The notes under the pieces: model-generated
The model's database searches: none
Seen by the model: only the letters and a program-made list of their open reading frames with translations
Told to the model about the DNA's origin: nothing
Assembly (NCBI RefSeq): GCF_018977255.1
Contig: NW_024704742.1
Span: forward strand, 104,968,001-105,032,000
DNA: 64,000 bases
Source of the DNA: Callorhinchus milii
Taxonomy: Eukaryota
Direction of reading: 5' to 3'
Made by a program: the position numbers and the translations under genes
Shown: piece by piece, positions 1-12,649 of the stretch
Layout: each line of letters begins with the position of its first letter
How positions within the stretch are numbered: position 1 is the first letter of the stretch

Positions 1-42
1 ATTGACTTCAGGTAAACAGCCGGGAGGCTTGCGGGCCAGATA

Positions 43-835
43 CAACAACAAGATTACATTTGTATAGCGCCTTTCTTATCGGGAGGACGTCCCAAGGCAC
101 TGGACAGTGTACAGCATTTCAGACCTGAGCTGGGGTCAGGGGGGAGGGAATGGAGGGGAGTGGCCAATGACATGGTCGAAGAGGAGGATTTTGAGGCGGG
201 ACTTGAAGGAGGCTAAGGAGGGGCTGAGGCGGAGTGACTGGGGGATGGAATTCCAGAGGGTGGGGGCAGAGTGGCTGAAGGCTCTCCCGCCAATGGTGGG
301 GTGGGTGGGTTGGAGGACATGGAGCAGGCCAGAGCCGGCTGAGCGGAGGGAACGGGCAGATTGGCAGGGGGTTAGGAGGTCATGGAGCGAGGCCATGGAG
401 GGCTTTTATGTGAGGACCAGGATTTTGAACTGGATCCTCTGAAGGATAGGGAGCCAATGGAGTTGGGTGAGAGTGGGGGAGATGGGGTCACGGAGTTTGG
501 TGCGGGAGAGGACACGGGCTGCAGAGTTCTGGATTATCTGCAGCCTGTGGAGGGAGGAGTTGGGAAGGCTGACAAGCAGGGCATTTTCATAGTTGACCCT
601 GGAGGTGATGAAGGCATGAACAAGAGTTTCAGTGGCCTGAGGAGTGAGGTAGTGGCGGAGTCGGGCGATGTTACAGAGGTGAAGGAAGGCAGAGCGGGTC
701 ATGGCTTGAATGTGGGGGAGAAAAGACAGTTGAGGGTCGAACAAGACACCCAGGTTCCTGACTGGCTGGTGAGTTGTACTGTGCAACCATGGAGGTTGAT
801 GCTGCCAGAGCCTGAGGTGCTGACATTGATAGCCG
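43..835 (-). mobile_element. L2 LINE 3' fragment
   Basis: VRNLGVLFDPQLSF…ETLVHAFITSR…LHWLPI…GGRAFS…APTLWNSIP; (TTG)n tail. Confidence 0.9.
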
Positions 836-1614
836 GTTTGTAGCGGATGAGATATTTGTTGAGGATTCCATGGCAAAAGTGCGGTTGCATGTTTATATTG
901 GCCCAGGCTCTGACTAGTCTAAAATATGCAATCGCAAACCAGGTTTGACAGTCTCATCCTTACGAGGTAAAAAAAATCAATTACATAGATCCAGGGTTTT
1001 GCAATTACAATACAGTAATTTATTAATTAAATAATTAATTAATAAACAACCACAAGTTACATTTGTATAGCAGCCTTCACATCAGGAGGGCATCCAAAGG
1101 CACTGGACAGTCAAAAATATATTTGTATTACATTTTATCTTTAACCAAAAAATATATATATACACAAAAAATATACGTGCACAGAATCTTAATTAAATAT
1201 ATAAAATACAATTAAATAAATTAAAAAATCTTACTACCACAAAAACGTTTTTAGAATGTGTTCGTCTTGGTATCTTTGAAATATAGGCTTCCTCTCAGGT
1301 TGCTCTCTCTCTCTCTGTGCAGACTTGTTGTATATTCCTCCCCATTCCCAATTAAATGCTTCCTTTGCACAGGTTTCATATGCTCAATAGATACTGCTTC
1401 TTACAACTTTAATCATTTTTAAGTGCGTTAGTCTGGTTTGGTTGGTAGCGTTCTCGCCTTTAGTCAGAAGGTTATGGAATCAAGCCCTAAATCAGCACTT
1501 AAGATCCCATATCGTCGATGCTGATGCTCCAGTGCAATGCTGGGCGTGTGCTGTATTGTCAGAGCTTTGGAAGAGATGTTAAGGTGAATACCCATCTGCA
1601 TCTTCAAGTGCATA

Positions 1615-2052
1615 TTACAACTCTGCAGCTTGTGTCCTCTCCTGCAACAGACTCCGTGACCCCATCACCCCACCCTCGCCCGGCTCCACTGGCTCCCCAT
1701 CCCTCAGAGGATAGATTTCAAAATTCTCGTCCTCACCTTCAAGGCCCTCCACAGCCTTGCCCCGTCCTACCTCTGTGACCTGCTAACCCCCTACCTGTCC
1801 ACTCCCTCCGTTCAACAGGCTCTGGCCTGCTCCGTGTCTCCCACCCAGCTCGCCCTACCATCAGCGGCCGGAGTTTCAGCCTCCCTGCCCCCATCCTTTG
1901 GAACACCATCCCGCAGTCCCTTCGCCTTGCTCCTTCCCTTGTCTCCTTCAAGGTACAACTCAAGACCCTCCTTTTCGACCATGCCTTCAGCCGCCCTCCT
2001 ACCTCTCTGCCCCTCCCTCACTCCAACCCTGCCCCCCTATTTTATTGTTGTT
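1615..2052 (+). mobile_element. L2 LINE 3' fragment inserted after a Deu-type SINE remnant
   Basis: CTCCACTGGCTCCCCATC…TTTGGAACACCATCCCGCAG…AAGACCCTCCTTTTCGACC, same family as 43-835. Confidence 0.85.
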
Positions 2053-2544
2053 GTATCTGCACAAAACACATTCTGAATATCCTGGGATTGTTTCCTCTGA
2101 TCATGGTGGATAACATGAACACTCCTGCTATTTGTACCTTGAGATTGATCACTGAAGAAAGCATTGGGGGAAATATGATCCAAATATTTAAAGTGCTAAG
2201 AGGCAAACATGATATAATGTTAAAAGGCTATTTGGCTTAAGTTTCTGAGCAAAGCAGAGGACACTGGTTAAACTGTCAAGAGATTAGAAGATATTTTACC
2301 TTCCACTGTCATAGATAAATTGAACAGACACTTAGCAAAAGCAATTGATGGGTTCAATTAAGTCGTACAAAAACAATCTAGATAAATATTTGGTCATGAA
2401 TTGAACTGGAGGCTATAGGTTAAGATACACATCAAGATGTGTTAATAGAAATTTACAACACAGAAGAAGACCATTCGGCCCATCCCTGCTGGCTTCTTTT
2501 TAAGAACAATCTTTTCAATCTGATTTCAATTTGGATCCCAAATC

Positions 2545-2985
2545 ACTGAACAGATCGATTTCAAGATCCTCTCACTCATTTTCAAATCCCTCCATGCCCT
2601 TGCAACTCCCTACCTATCCAACCTGTTTACCCCCCACTCCAACATCCGCTGCCTTTGCTCGTGTTAGGTTATAGAAGTTGTCGTCTCTTTTTGATATTTA
2701 ACACTCGGCTGGCTCCGGCCTCCCGTTTCTCCCTCATGCCCTCCGTTCCACCATCGGTGCCGTGCCTTTAGCCACTTTGCCCCCAAAACTCTCTCTCTCA
2801 AACCCTTCACCTTGCCCCTTCCTTCCCCACCTTCAAATCCCACCTAAAGACCTTCCTTTTTGATTGTGCTTATGGTCACCTCCCCGCTCCCTCTCCCCCT
2901 GGCTCATTGTCAGACTCCGTCACCGTGAAGCGCTCCGGGACGCTACCCCACGTGAAGGACTCTATATAAATGCAAGTTGTTGTTG
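2545..2985 (+). mobile_element. Older L2 3' fragment
   Basis: ATTTCAAGATCCTC…AAATGCAAGTTGTTGTTG tail. Confidence 0.75.
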
Positions 2986-5900
2986 ATTTACCTGCCCATT
3001 TCCTTTACCCCTGTAGTTTACAAATGTGACACAATGGTTAAGTGCTTTGAGACACTACCTGCATGAAGGGTTATATAAATGCAAGTTGTTATTAAAAATT
3101 ATAATCCTTGCGCCTTTTCACATTCAGAGGATGTCTCAGAGAACTTCAGAGTGTAAAGTGAAGTGCCTGTGTATTTTGTAAGCAAACGCAGTAACCAATT
3201 TTACACATAGCAATGTCCGACAAAGAGCCATGAAGTGACCAAATTTATCTGAGCATACGTTGTGAGTTAAAAGACCCAACATGAGGCTTAAACCCATAAC
3301 CTTCTGACTCAGATGTGAGAGTACTACCAACTGAACCAGGCTGCCACCTATGGTTCTGTGGAGAGTAAATGGAAAGTGGTAAATAAGGGGATGGATGAAT
3401 ATTTTGCTTTGTTTCATTAACTTTGGCAATCAGGGATTACTTATGCATAACTCTCCATCAAAACTAATGAAGTGCATCTCATGATATAGTAAGTACATAA
3501 GGAATGGATTAAATGGTATCTTCATCCACAAAATATACAAAGCGCTTTGACATGATATCAAATATACAAGGTTTATTATTTATTTTCTAGCTCCAAGCCT
3601 TTCTTGTATGACACAGCAGTGAAGATACGGTTTTAAAAGGTTACCAATTGAGAAGTGAGACCATTGAATGGAGAGATAGTGGGAGAGAGAGACATTTGAT
3701 CTCTGTGTATCTAGTGGAAGAATGCAATCTAAATATCAGGTACATCCAGCACTCTCATGAGTGGGAGTGACCTCAATATCAATAATGGTATTGAGAAGGT
3801 GACTAATCTTTTTTGAGGGGGAGGATAACTGTATCAATCAGCTAACCCTCGACAGTCTAGTAATATCCACTCTCTCAGTATATAGGGGGAGATTGTACTT
3901 GGGTCTAAATTTATTTTGTTAGCATTTCAGAGAGTCCAAAATTTGGCAAATTCTTCAATACCATCTAAATATCAAAGTCATTTTTCTGCAAATTCTTTTT
4001 CAACCACAGAAAACTGACATCAAAGACTGAATTCAACAATTTGCTAAATTCTGGATGCTCTGAACTGCTGCATAAGTAGAATAAATTTAATAAGCAGAAT
4101 AAATCTAACTCCTGCTGAAATCTCTCCCCATGCTATATTTGTCATTTAGCATGCTAGATCAGATTAGACTTTGTAGATATATATACAAACTTCAAATCAA
4201 ACCTGAGCCCCAAACCTTGAAAAATACAACTTTAGTATTTTGCAAAAAATCCTAGATGATTTCATCCCTAGAAAACTTTCAAGTTCAAACATCTTTTAAG
4301 AAGCCATTTGAAATGACACCCGCTTTTATAGAATGGGTGTTAAAGGGAATACATTTTGATGCCAATTTCTCCTCCATTACAAACTATTACACACATCCAC
4401 CCACACACCCCCACATCCCCCCCACACACCCATCCCCTCCCCCACACACACCCATCCCTTCCTCCACACACACCCATCCCCTCCTCCACACACACCCCAC
4501 TGACCCCCTAAAAATCAAAACTGCTGATACCTCACTCGTCTACCTGCCCTCTTTGCCTATCTTTAGATCACATCTATTGACATTCCTTTTCAACCATGCC
4601 TATGGTCACCTTCATTTTCTCCCCAGGTTGGCGCCAAGCTCCGCCACTGAGACTCTACACCACTTCAAGGGCGCTATATAACTGCAAGTCGTTCTTGTTA
4701 GTTAAGCAAGATTGATTTGTCTACAACACCAATATGGTATATTTCCATGATTCTATTTGTGGACTGGAACATATAACAATATCTCCTCTCAAAGAGTTTA
4801 GTGGAGATGGGTGCTTGTAACCAAGGCAACAGTTCTACTGAAAATTATTTTTTTATTGTAAACTACTTTAGAAATATTTGTACCACAAATATTGCAGTTT
4901 ACTGTGAGTGCAATCCAACATATAAATTACTTGTCTGTTAGTAGAAAATATTTTGTACTTTACTTCCATCAATACACAAGTTGAAAACAATGTCTAAGAT
5001 ATTTTCTCTGAAATGTAAATCAATGATGATAAATATTAGTTACAATACCTCCTGAACATCTTCAAGGCATACTTATGTAGAAAATATAAAAGTAAAGAAT
5101 TATTGAGTGCTTTACAATATTAAGCGTGAAAGATACTGATAGCTGTTTCGCAAGTGAAGCACTTGTAAGAGTTCTTTAAATTGTCTTCATGGAAACACAA
5201 TTATTGTACAATTTTCTAAAGCAATCTTATCTTAACTGTAACAAATTGAAAAAGGATAGTCACCTTCAGTACTCAGTTGCACAGAATTTGTTTTACAAAT
5301 TTCAATTACAGTATTTACAAACAGGGAGAATCTGCTCCTGGCAGGTTTAGAACTGAAGCAGAAATCTTCATACTTCTGAACATTTAAGGGAAAACACTGC
5401 TTCAGGCAATTGCAGCACGTTTAAAATTTGGCAAAAGGAGGAGACGTCACAGAGGTTTCTATCTTGATTCCACAATCAAATTATGAGATGTCAATTTGGC
5501 TCATTCAATACCACTATAGTTCGAGTCAGAAGATTTTTGGTTGAAGCCTCATCTCTAGGCTGAAACTCCAGTGCAGTGTTGCCATCCTTCAGACAAAGTG
5601 TAAAACCAAGTTTCTGTCTATCTGACTTCTGGTGGATTTTGAAGATTTCAAGGATCTTATGGCACTATTCAAAAAGAGGAGGTTTATCCTAGGTGTACTG
5701 ACTAACAGTCCTCAAGATTAATCGGTCGTTCAACTCATGGCGGGTTGCTGTACACAAAGTTGTGTGATTTGTGGAATGTTGTTGTGTGCAAAGTAGCTGC
5801 TAGGTTTAAAAAAAACAGTTCCCAATGCTTTTTTTTCTTCTTCCTCTTTCCTCTCTCTCTCTCAAACATTTACATCTGATTCCTCTTTGTTTCCCCTGGG

Positions 5901-6344
5901 AACATAGCCAAAAGGAACAGGACAAATGTTCTAATACTGCCAGGGGCATCCCTACAGTTGCAATCAATAACTGTCTTGTACAGTTTGGTTTTCTCTGATA
6001 AGAATTTTTTTTGTCATATGCACAACACTTGGTGAAGCAACAGTTAACACAAATAAAAGGCTCTGGTAGGAACCTATGATTTAGACAATTCAGTTTAAAA
6101 GTACCAATTTTAACCCTTGAACTACTGAGCCAGAAAAATGCCCATCTCCCTGAGCTGGACGGTTTGGTAAATTTTGAGCTTACATTCTGCAACACTAAAC
6201 TCAAGACTGAATATCAGGAGTGGCTTTATTATTTTAATACAGTATTAAAAGTGATCATGCATCTTTTCTTAATATTACCTTTACTACCTAATCTAATCTA
6301 TACTTGTGTGTGTATAATAATAATCCTTGCATTTGATATATTGT

Positions 6345-6606
6345 GGAGTCCTTTAGCTCAGCGGTTAGAGCACTTGCCTTCCAAGCGAGATACCTGGTTC
6401 AATTCTTGGCAGAGCGAAACCTTGGGCAAGTTTCCTTACTCCACACGCCTGATAATAATCCCTCCAAAACAAAACAATAATAAATTGGTCATTTTCAGTT
6501 CACGACTGTTTGTGGGAAACTGCTGTGCGCAATTGGCTGCCGAAGTGCTTTGAGATGTCGAGAAGACGTGAAAAAGCGCTATATCAAATTCAAGGATTAT
6601 TATTAT
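6345..6606 (+). mobile_element. tRNA-derived SINE (short-core subfamily, internally deleted)
   Basis: GGAGTCC..TAGCTCAG.GG box A, degenerate box B, and (TTA)n tail. Confidence 0.85.
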
Positions 6607-8904
6607 TTATTTATAGTGCCTTATCATGTCATTGAGATGTTTCAAAGCGCTTAACAGAATATACTGTAAAGTGAATTGAGTGTATAGTTTGTGGGCAAAA
6701 CGCTGGGTGGGGGGGGAAACATGCTGGGGGAAGTTTACATCAGTTGACATATCAGGGAAAAACTACATACAACAGCAACAAGAAGACACCCAAATCTGAC
6801 CCCATTCACTGGAAACACAGAAATGGCTTCAAAAGATTGTACTGAGAAAGAATAATCATTTACAGATTTTCTACAGCTCGACCCCAGTTCATGCAACCTT
6901 CTGGTTAAGCAAGGGAAGGTTACCTCTGCAATTTGACTAATGCATACAAAAGACAATACTATCTGGGTGAACACTCTGCAGGAAGATTGTGAGCTTTGCT
7001 GTCAATATTCTGAGCAAACCTTTTATTCGTAAAGAGTGTTGAGGTACAGTTACAACAGTTCTTATATTCACAGTACAGTACAATACAAAGGCAACATTCA
7101 TTTTATAACACACTCTTTACATTTCAACATATATTCAAACTGCTCAAGACCATATAAAGAAATTATCTTTTCTCTACATAATAAAATAATCAGATGAAAT
7201 CCATTGCTAATGTCCCCAATTGTTCAGTGATCTAATTTGGTGAGGAATTGAACCATGCAGTCAGGTTAAATCCCGGTCTGCACTGACTTAGTAGATTTCA
7301 CCTTTATTTGCAGTAGGGGCAAAACAATTGACATCAGCATCCCCCAGTTAGGGAGGGAAAAATTAGTCATGGCTTCCATTGCCAATCTCTATCCACAGTT
7401 ACCTGCTGAAGAGGTGTACCTACAAGTGGATGTCAGGAGAGGATAGGATTGGGCTCATCTACAAACTTCAATTGGATACTCACATACTCAAACAACATAA
7501 CAATGACCATTTGATGAAGCATACATTTGGATAAAAAAATAAATTCTGACAAAATCAATACATTTTTGTTTCTTTTTACCAATCAGCAGCTCAAAGGTTA
7601 TGCTGCAAGAGTTGCTCAAGAAACCATTGTGCCTTCAAAGACACAAACATTTTAGCACCTGTGTATCAGTGAATTAGCAAAACCTGCCTCTAATCTGGTT
7701 AATAATTCAATGAATCTAATATGCTAGTTTCTAATACTAGAAACCCCATCAGCAACCAATTTAATCTGGTGATTAATGATCTCAGGTGTTTCTCACAGAC
7801 TTTACATAAAGTGAAGACAGCACTGTGACGCGAGACTGATTTAGCCTTCATCTGATCAGGGGTAAGAGCAGCACTGCTTCCTCCTCATCCCAACAGGAGA
7901 ATACAACAGAGATAAAGAAAGAACATGGCCAGGGGTCATTATTCAGTATTTATAAAATGCAGATCATTTTAGATGTGTTATTTGATCATGTCCTGTCAAG
8001 ATAAATATCCTCTGCTGTTATCCCATGGGAGGAAATAAATTATCGCCCGAGAAACTTTCTATTTGAGAAACTTGTTCTCTTAGGTCATTCTGCTCTAATC
8101 ACAGGCCCTAGTAGATGAATGCTGCGTCCTTTGGGCAACCAAACTCCAAACAGTGGCAGCAACACAAATATAAAACAGTAAAATGCTCCAAGCCACATTT
8201 GATCAAAGAGAAACAGGAAAATTATGGCAAAGGAAATGGCACTGACATCTTGTCAGACAACTGAAATTCAAACACTTGGGCTCTAAGATATGCTTATCCT
8301 ATGCCAAAAAAGGAAAGGTGGGTCCTCCATTAATAAATACAGTACACCAACTCCATATACTTGCTCAGAGCCAGAATCAAGTTGCAAGGTGTACCCAAGA
8401 AACAAATTGGCATACTTTCTGGCACTTTCAAAAATCATAAGGAAAGGCAGATGTGGTGGCAAAGTTGACTCCTAAAATACTCAATTGATCTAACAGCATC
8501 TAAGATACAATAAAATTACCAGCACTTTATAGTTACTGGACTTAAATGATAGACTATATCAGTACTGTAAGCCTTCAAAAAAATACTGTTTCAATTAACC
8601 TACTATTTTGAATGAAATTTCAGCATTTATTCCAATTAATAATTCAAATTATAGTCAAACAGATTAAAGCGACCACCTACAATCAGCAACCACCTCCTGT
8701 TAACAACAACAACAACAACAAGATTCCATTTATAAAGCGCCTTTCACATCAGGAGGACGTCCCAACCCTGCAACAGCCCAGCTTGCACACCAATGAACCC
8801 TCACTCAGAGGCCACCCTTATATAAAGGCCACTTTGGCCCAGTCCCTCTAGGTTTGCTATATTTCCTCAGAATTTATTAAAGTTGGGGTCCAATTTAACA
8901 TTTT

Positions 8905-9231
8905 ATAATAATCCTTGCATTTGATATAGCTCTTTATCACATCTACAAGACGTCTCAAAGTGCTTCACAGAATATACTGTTAAGTCAATTGATTGTATAC
9001 TTTGTGGGCAAAACGCAGCAGCCAATTGTGCATAGCAGAGTCCCACAAATAATCGTGGATTGAGTGACCAAATTTTTTTTAAGGAATTATTATCCCCACC
9101 AATCGACTAACAACCGGGTTCCTATTTACTGCTAGATAAATAGGATACTTGCCTAACATTTCTCCCTGCCAAGGAATCCCAGTCCTCTCAGTTGTGAGGC
9201 GAGCACGCTAGCCACTAAGCTACAGGACTCC
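8905..9231 (-). mobile_element. tRNA-derived SINE
   Basis: Reverse complement of the same head and ATCAAATGCAAGGATTATTAT tail. Confidence 0.85.
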
Positions 9232-9479
9232 ACATACAATACAAATGCACTTTGTACTTTATATAATAATACACTACAAATGCACATAATAACTCATTGG
9301 AATGGTTGTGACATTAAGAAATTATCCTATGTTTTTCCTCTAGGTGTTGCATTCAACAAATATATTCTATTATATTTTGAACATAACATACAACAAATCA
9401 CTTTTCAGTAAGAGCATAAATACAACCTAAACGGTATTATCATTAATTTTCCAAAGGGAAATTATGACTAGAAGACATA

Positions 9480-9712
9480 GAGAAAGGATATTTTCACATA
9501 GAGTTTTTCGATGTTTTGGGAAGCTGGTACAGGCACAATCCATTATGGGTTTCAAGAGGGAAGTAGACGAGTATATATGAAAGTTGGAGAATTAAAGGAA
9601 TATAGAGGATAGAGGGGAGGAAATGAGATTAAATGAATACCTTGCTTTTGAGAGTATTTGCAGACTCGATGGGCCAAATGGCCTCCTTCTGTGTTGTAAA
9701 TTTATATCATTC
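9480..9712 (+). mobile_element. CR1 LINE 3' end
   Basis: GATGGGCCAAATGGCCTCCTTCTGTGTTGTA…ATTCT terminal hairpin and tail typical of CR1. Confidence 0.7.
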
Positions 9713-9776
9713 TGTATTTGCAAATCATGTAATTGATTAAATAGATTAAAATTCTTTGAAATGTTTATTTCCTTAC

Positions 9777-9921
9777 CTGGATCATTGTGTGAATGGGGCA
9801 CTACAAAAACCTGTAGTGGCCCATTGTCCCATTCATGTTCATCATAACTGATGTCAAAGCCTTGTTTCCAGACTCCACCATCTGGGTTGTCAAATGGTAG
9901 AATGCTGTACACATCCAACAT
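9777..9921 (-). CDS. MAN2A1: Internal coding exon of Golgi alpha-mannosidase II (GH38), equivalent to vertebrate exon 3
   Basis: Translates [49 protein letters not shown], including the HSHND zinc-binding motif. Has a CAG acceptor (9922-9924) and GTAAG donor (9776-9772); 145 nt, phase 0 to 1. MLDVY and head-to-head synteny with PJA2 favour MAN2A1 over MAN2A2. Confidence 0.92.
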
Positions 9922-11184
9922 CTGGTAGAAAACAGAAATAATTGGGTTTGAATTCCCAATCAAGGCAATCCAATCTACATCCCAAATGATTCATCACTCT
10001 AAGTAAACAAAAAACACATTTAACTAATGGACCATATAAAACAAGACTGGATACTAAAGCCTGCCATAAAACAGTCCACCATACACTATCTTTCTTTCAA
10101 TAGGAAAAAAACAATCAATATCATAAGATCATGATTAATTCAGCTGAAGAAGGCCCTTTGGCCCATCTGATCTCATCCCTCCAAAATACCCACATCACTG
10201 TCCTCCATCCAGCATCAAGCTTTTTTTAAAAAAAGAGTCCACATCAGGAAACTGCAAATCTGGGAGTGATATTCTGCTGGGTGTTGTCTGCAAATTTATC
10301 TACCTGACACTGGACATGAGAATCCAGATGCTTGATATATGGAAGGAGCAGCCTGGGCCCCAGTAAAGACCACCCTGCTTGATAACCCCCCACCCCACCC
10401 ACCCACTCGTTTTAGCCTAACTCCCTTAACAAAGACTCTTTCCTTCCTTCCTTTCAGCCAGTTCTGAAACCATGTCTATGTCTTGCCTTTGACTGTTCAC
10501 AGTTTGTGAAGTCTTTCATGTAGTACTTTGTCAAATGTAATTTAGAAATTAGATACATTATAGGAAACATGTACAAGGCAGTGCTAAGCCTCAGCAAACT
10601 GGAAGTCATGGGGGGTGATATTTACTGTATGATGTAATAGACTATCTGGCAAATGTGGTGTCACACTAAACCCTGAGGGAGCTTTAAAAGTGTACCTGAA
10701 AGTGGGCAATGCACACAGCTTAAACCATCAGGCCAAACTCTTCCCACTGGATTGCAACCACGAACTGGTCCTATAGTCCTATAGCTTTGCAGAGCAGAAC
10801 TGGCGAGAACAATGAAGATCTGAGGCACAGCTACAAAGCCAGGTAAGGGCAGTGCAGAAAAGGGCTGAGGAATGGGGCACCTTAGAAACTGTAGTCCAGG
10901 GATACCACGAATACCTGACCTGGTGGGAACTGTGAGTTGAGAGCAAATTGTAATACTGGGTGCGGACAGCAGAATCACGAACCCAGACCCTACACACCTC
11001 TCGGCTTGTTAAATTTGTTTGTCCCTGTAGGAATTAATAATGATGGTATATGGGATACCACTGATAAAATTGGGCAAAATTCCACATAGGATAACTGTAA
11101 AAATAGAAAGAATTCCAGTTCATAACCTACATTAGCAGAATATATTGTATTACAGGAGGTTTGTTTATAAAATTGTTGTTTTAC

Positions 11185-11217
11185 CTGAAGGTTTGATGCT
11201 TTTGTGAAGCTCTTTGA
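11185..11217 (-). other. Possible 3' remnant of MAN2A1 exon 2 (…KSFTKASNLQ|GTAAAA)
   Basis: Phase-0 CAG|GTAAAA donor 1.26 kb upstream of the phase-0 exon-3 acceptor. It ends in Gln, as I recall vertebrate exon 2 does (…DVQ|MLDVY). Too short to prove homology. Confidence 0.4.
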
Positions 11218-11517
11218 ATGGGATCCAGAGAACAGGTGGTGGGCTTCATGGAAGTTACTGTGGAGGTTACCGTTTTGAAGACAAGAGGAGGCAGTGACAG
11301 GTTCAAAGGTGTGGAAGGAGAGATGGGTAATTGTCGGATGGGTAATTGTGTGGGGTGGGGCGAGGGAGGGGGTGGAAGTTGGGAGGGCAGTGGCAGCTGA
11401 GCGGATTCCCTCGATTTTGGACTGGAGGAAGTCCAGCATTTTCTCGCAGTGAGAGTCAGAGGAAGGTATCTGCGAGGCGTGTCGGGGAGGTCGGAGGAGC
11501 CGGTTGGTGGTGGAGAA
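11218..11517 (-). mobile_element. Internal L2 LINE ORF2 fragment
   Basis: Translations contain FSTTNRLLRP, CEKMLDFLQSKIEGIRSAA and SMKPTTCSLDPI, typical of the L2 ORF2 segment between endonuclease and RT. One frameshift and small tandem duplications. Confidence 0.8.
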
Positions 11518-11599
11518 GACACCCACCCACCCAGCCCGAGACAGCCACCCTCCTACCATCCCTACCCTCCACCCCTTCCTGATCCCAGGCCCCTGCTCA

Positions 11600-12596
11600 G
11601 GGGGGGGGGAGCTGGGCGGGCGGGCGGGGGGTGGAGCTGGGCGGGGGGTGGAGCTGGGCGGGGCGGGGGGCGGGGGGGGGGAGCTGGGCGGGGGGGGGGA
11701 GCTGGGCGGGGGGGGGGGGGGAGCTGGGCGGGGGGGGGGAGTGGGCGGGGGGGGGGGAGTGGGCGGGGGGGGAGCTGGGCGGGGGGGGGGGGGGGGAGCT
11801 GGGCGGGGGGGGGGGGGAGCTGGGCGGGGGGGGGGGAGCTGGGCGGGGGGGGGGGGAGCTGGGCGGGGGGGGGGGAGCTGGGCGGGGCGGGGGGGGAGCT
11901 GGGCGGGGGCGGGGGGGGAGCTGGGCGGGGGGGGGGGGAGCTGGGCGGGGGGGGGGGGGGGGGCGGGGGGGGAGCTGGGCGGGGGGGGGGGGGGGCGGGG
12001 GGGGGGGCGGGGGGGGAGCTGGGCGGGGCGGGGGGGGGGGGGCGGGGGGGGGGGGCGGGGGGGGGGGGGGGCGGGGGGGGGGGGCGGGGGGGGGGGGGGG
12101 GGAGCTGGGCGGGGGGGGGGAGCTGGGCGGGGCGGGGGGGGAGCTGGGCGGGGGGGGGGAGCTGGGCGGGGGGGGGGGGGAGCTGGGCGGGGGGGGGGGG
12201 GGAGCTGGGCGGGGCGGGGGGGGGGGGGCGGGGGGGGGGGGGGGAGCTGGGCGGGGCGGGGGGGGAGCTGGGCGGGGGGGGGGGGGGGAGCTGGGCGGGG
12301 GGGGGGGGGGGGGGGGGGCGGGCGGGGGGGGGGGAGCTGGGCGGGGGCGGGGGGGGGGGCGGGGGGGGGGGGGGGGGGGGGCTGGGCGGGGCGGGGGGGG
12401 GGGGGGGGGCTGGGCGGGGGGGGAGCTGGGCGGGGGGGGGAGCTGGGCGGGGCGGGGGGGGGGGGGGGGGGGAGCTGGGCGGGGGGGGGGAGCTGGGCGG
12501 GGCGGGGGGGAGCTGGGCGGGGGGGGGGGGGGGAGCTGGGCGGGGCGGGGGGGGGGGCGGGGGGAGCTGGGCGGGGGGGGAGCTGGGCGGGGGGGG
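11600..12596 (+). repeat. G-rich low-complexity minisatellite, unit GAGCTGGGCG(G)n
   Basis: About 1 kb of almost pure G runs punctuated by AGCTGGGC or a single C. Confidence 0.95.
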
Positions 12597-12649
12597 TGTG
12601 GCCGCTCAGGCAGTCAGGGCCGCAGACAGCCTCCACACACAGAGGGAAA

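Noticed and set aside
4388..4500. Pro/His-rich ORF segment
   Set aside because: Simple CA/CCC low-complexity repeat.
11400..11439. MLDFLQSKIEGI resembling MAN2A1 exon-2 LSMLQEKIDHL
   Set aside because: Flanking FSTTNRLL, IRSAA and CSLDPI motifs show L2 ORF2 origin; the resemblance is likely coincidental.
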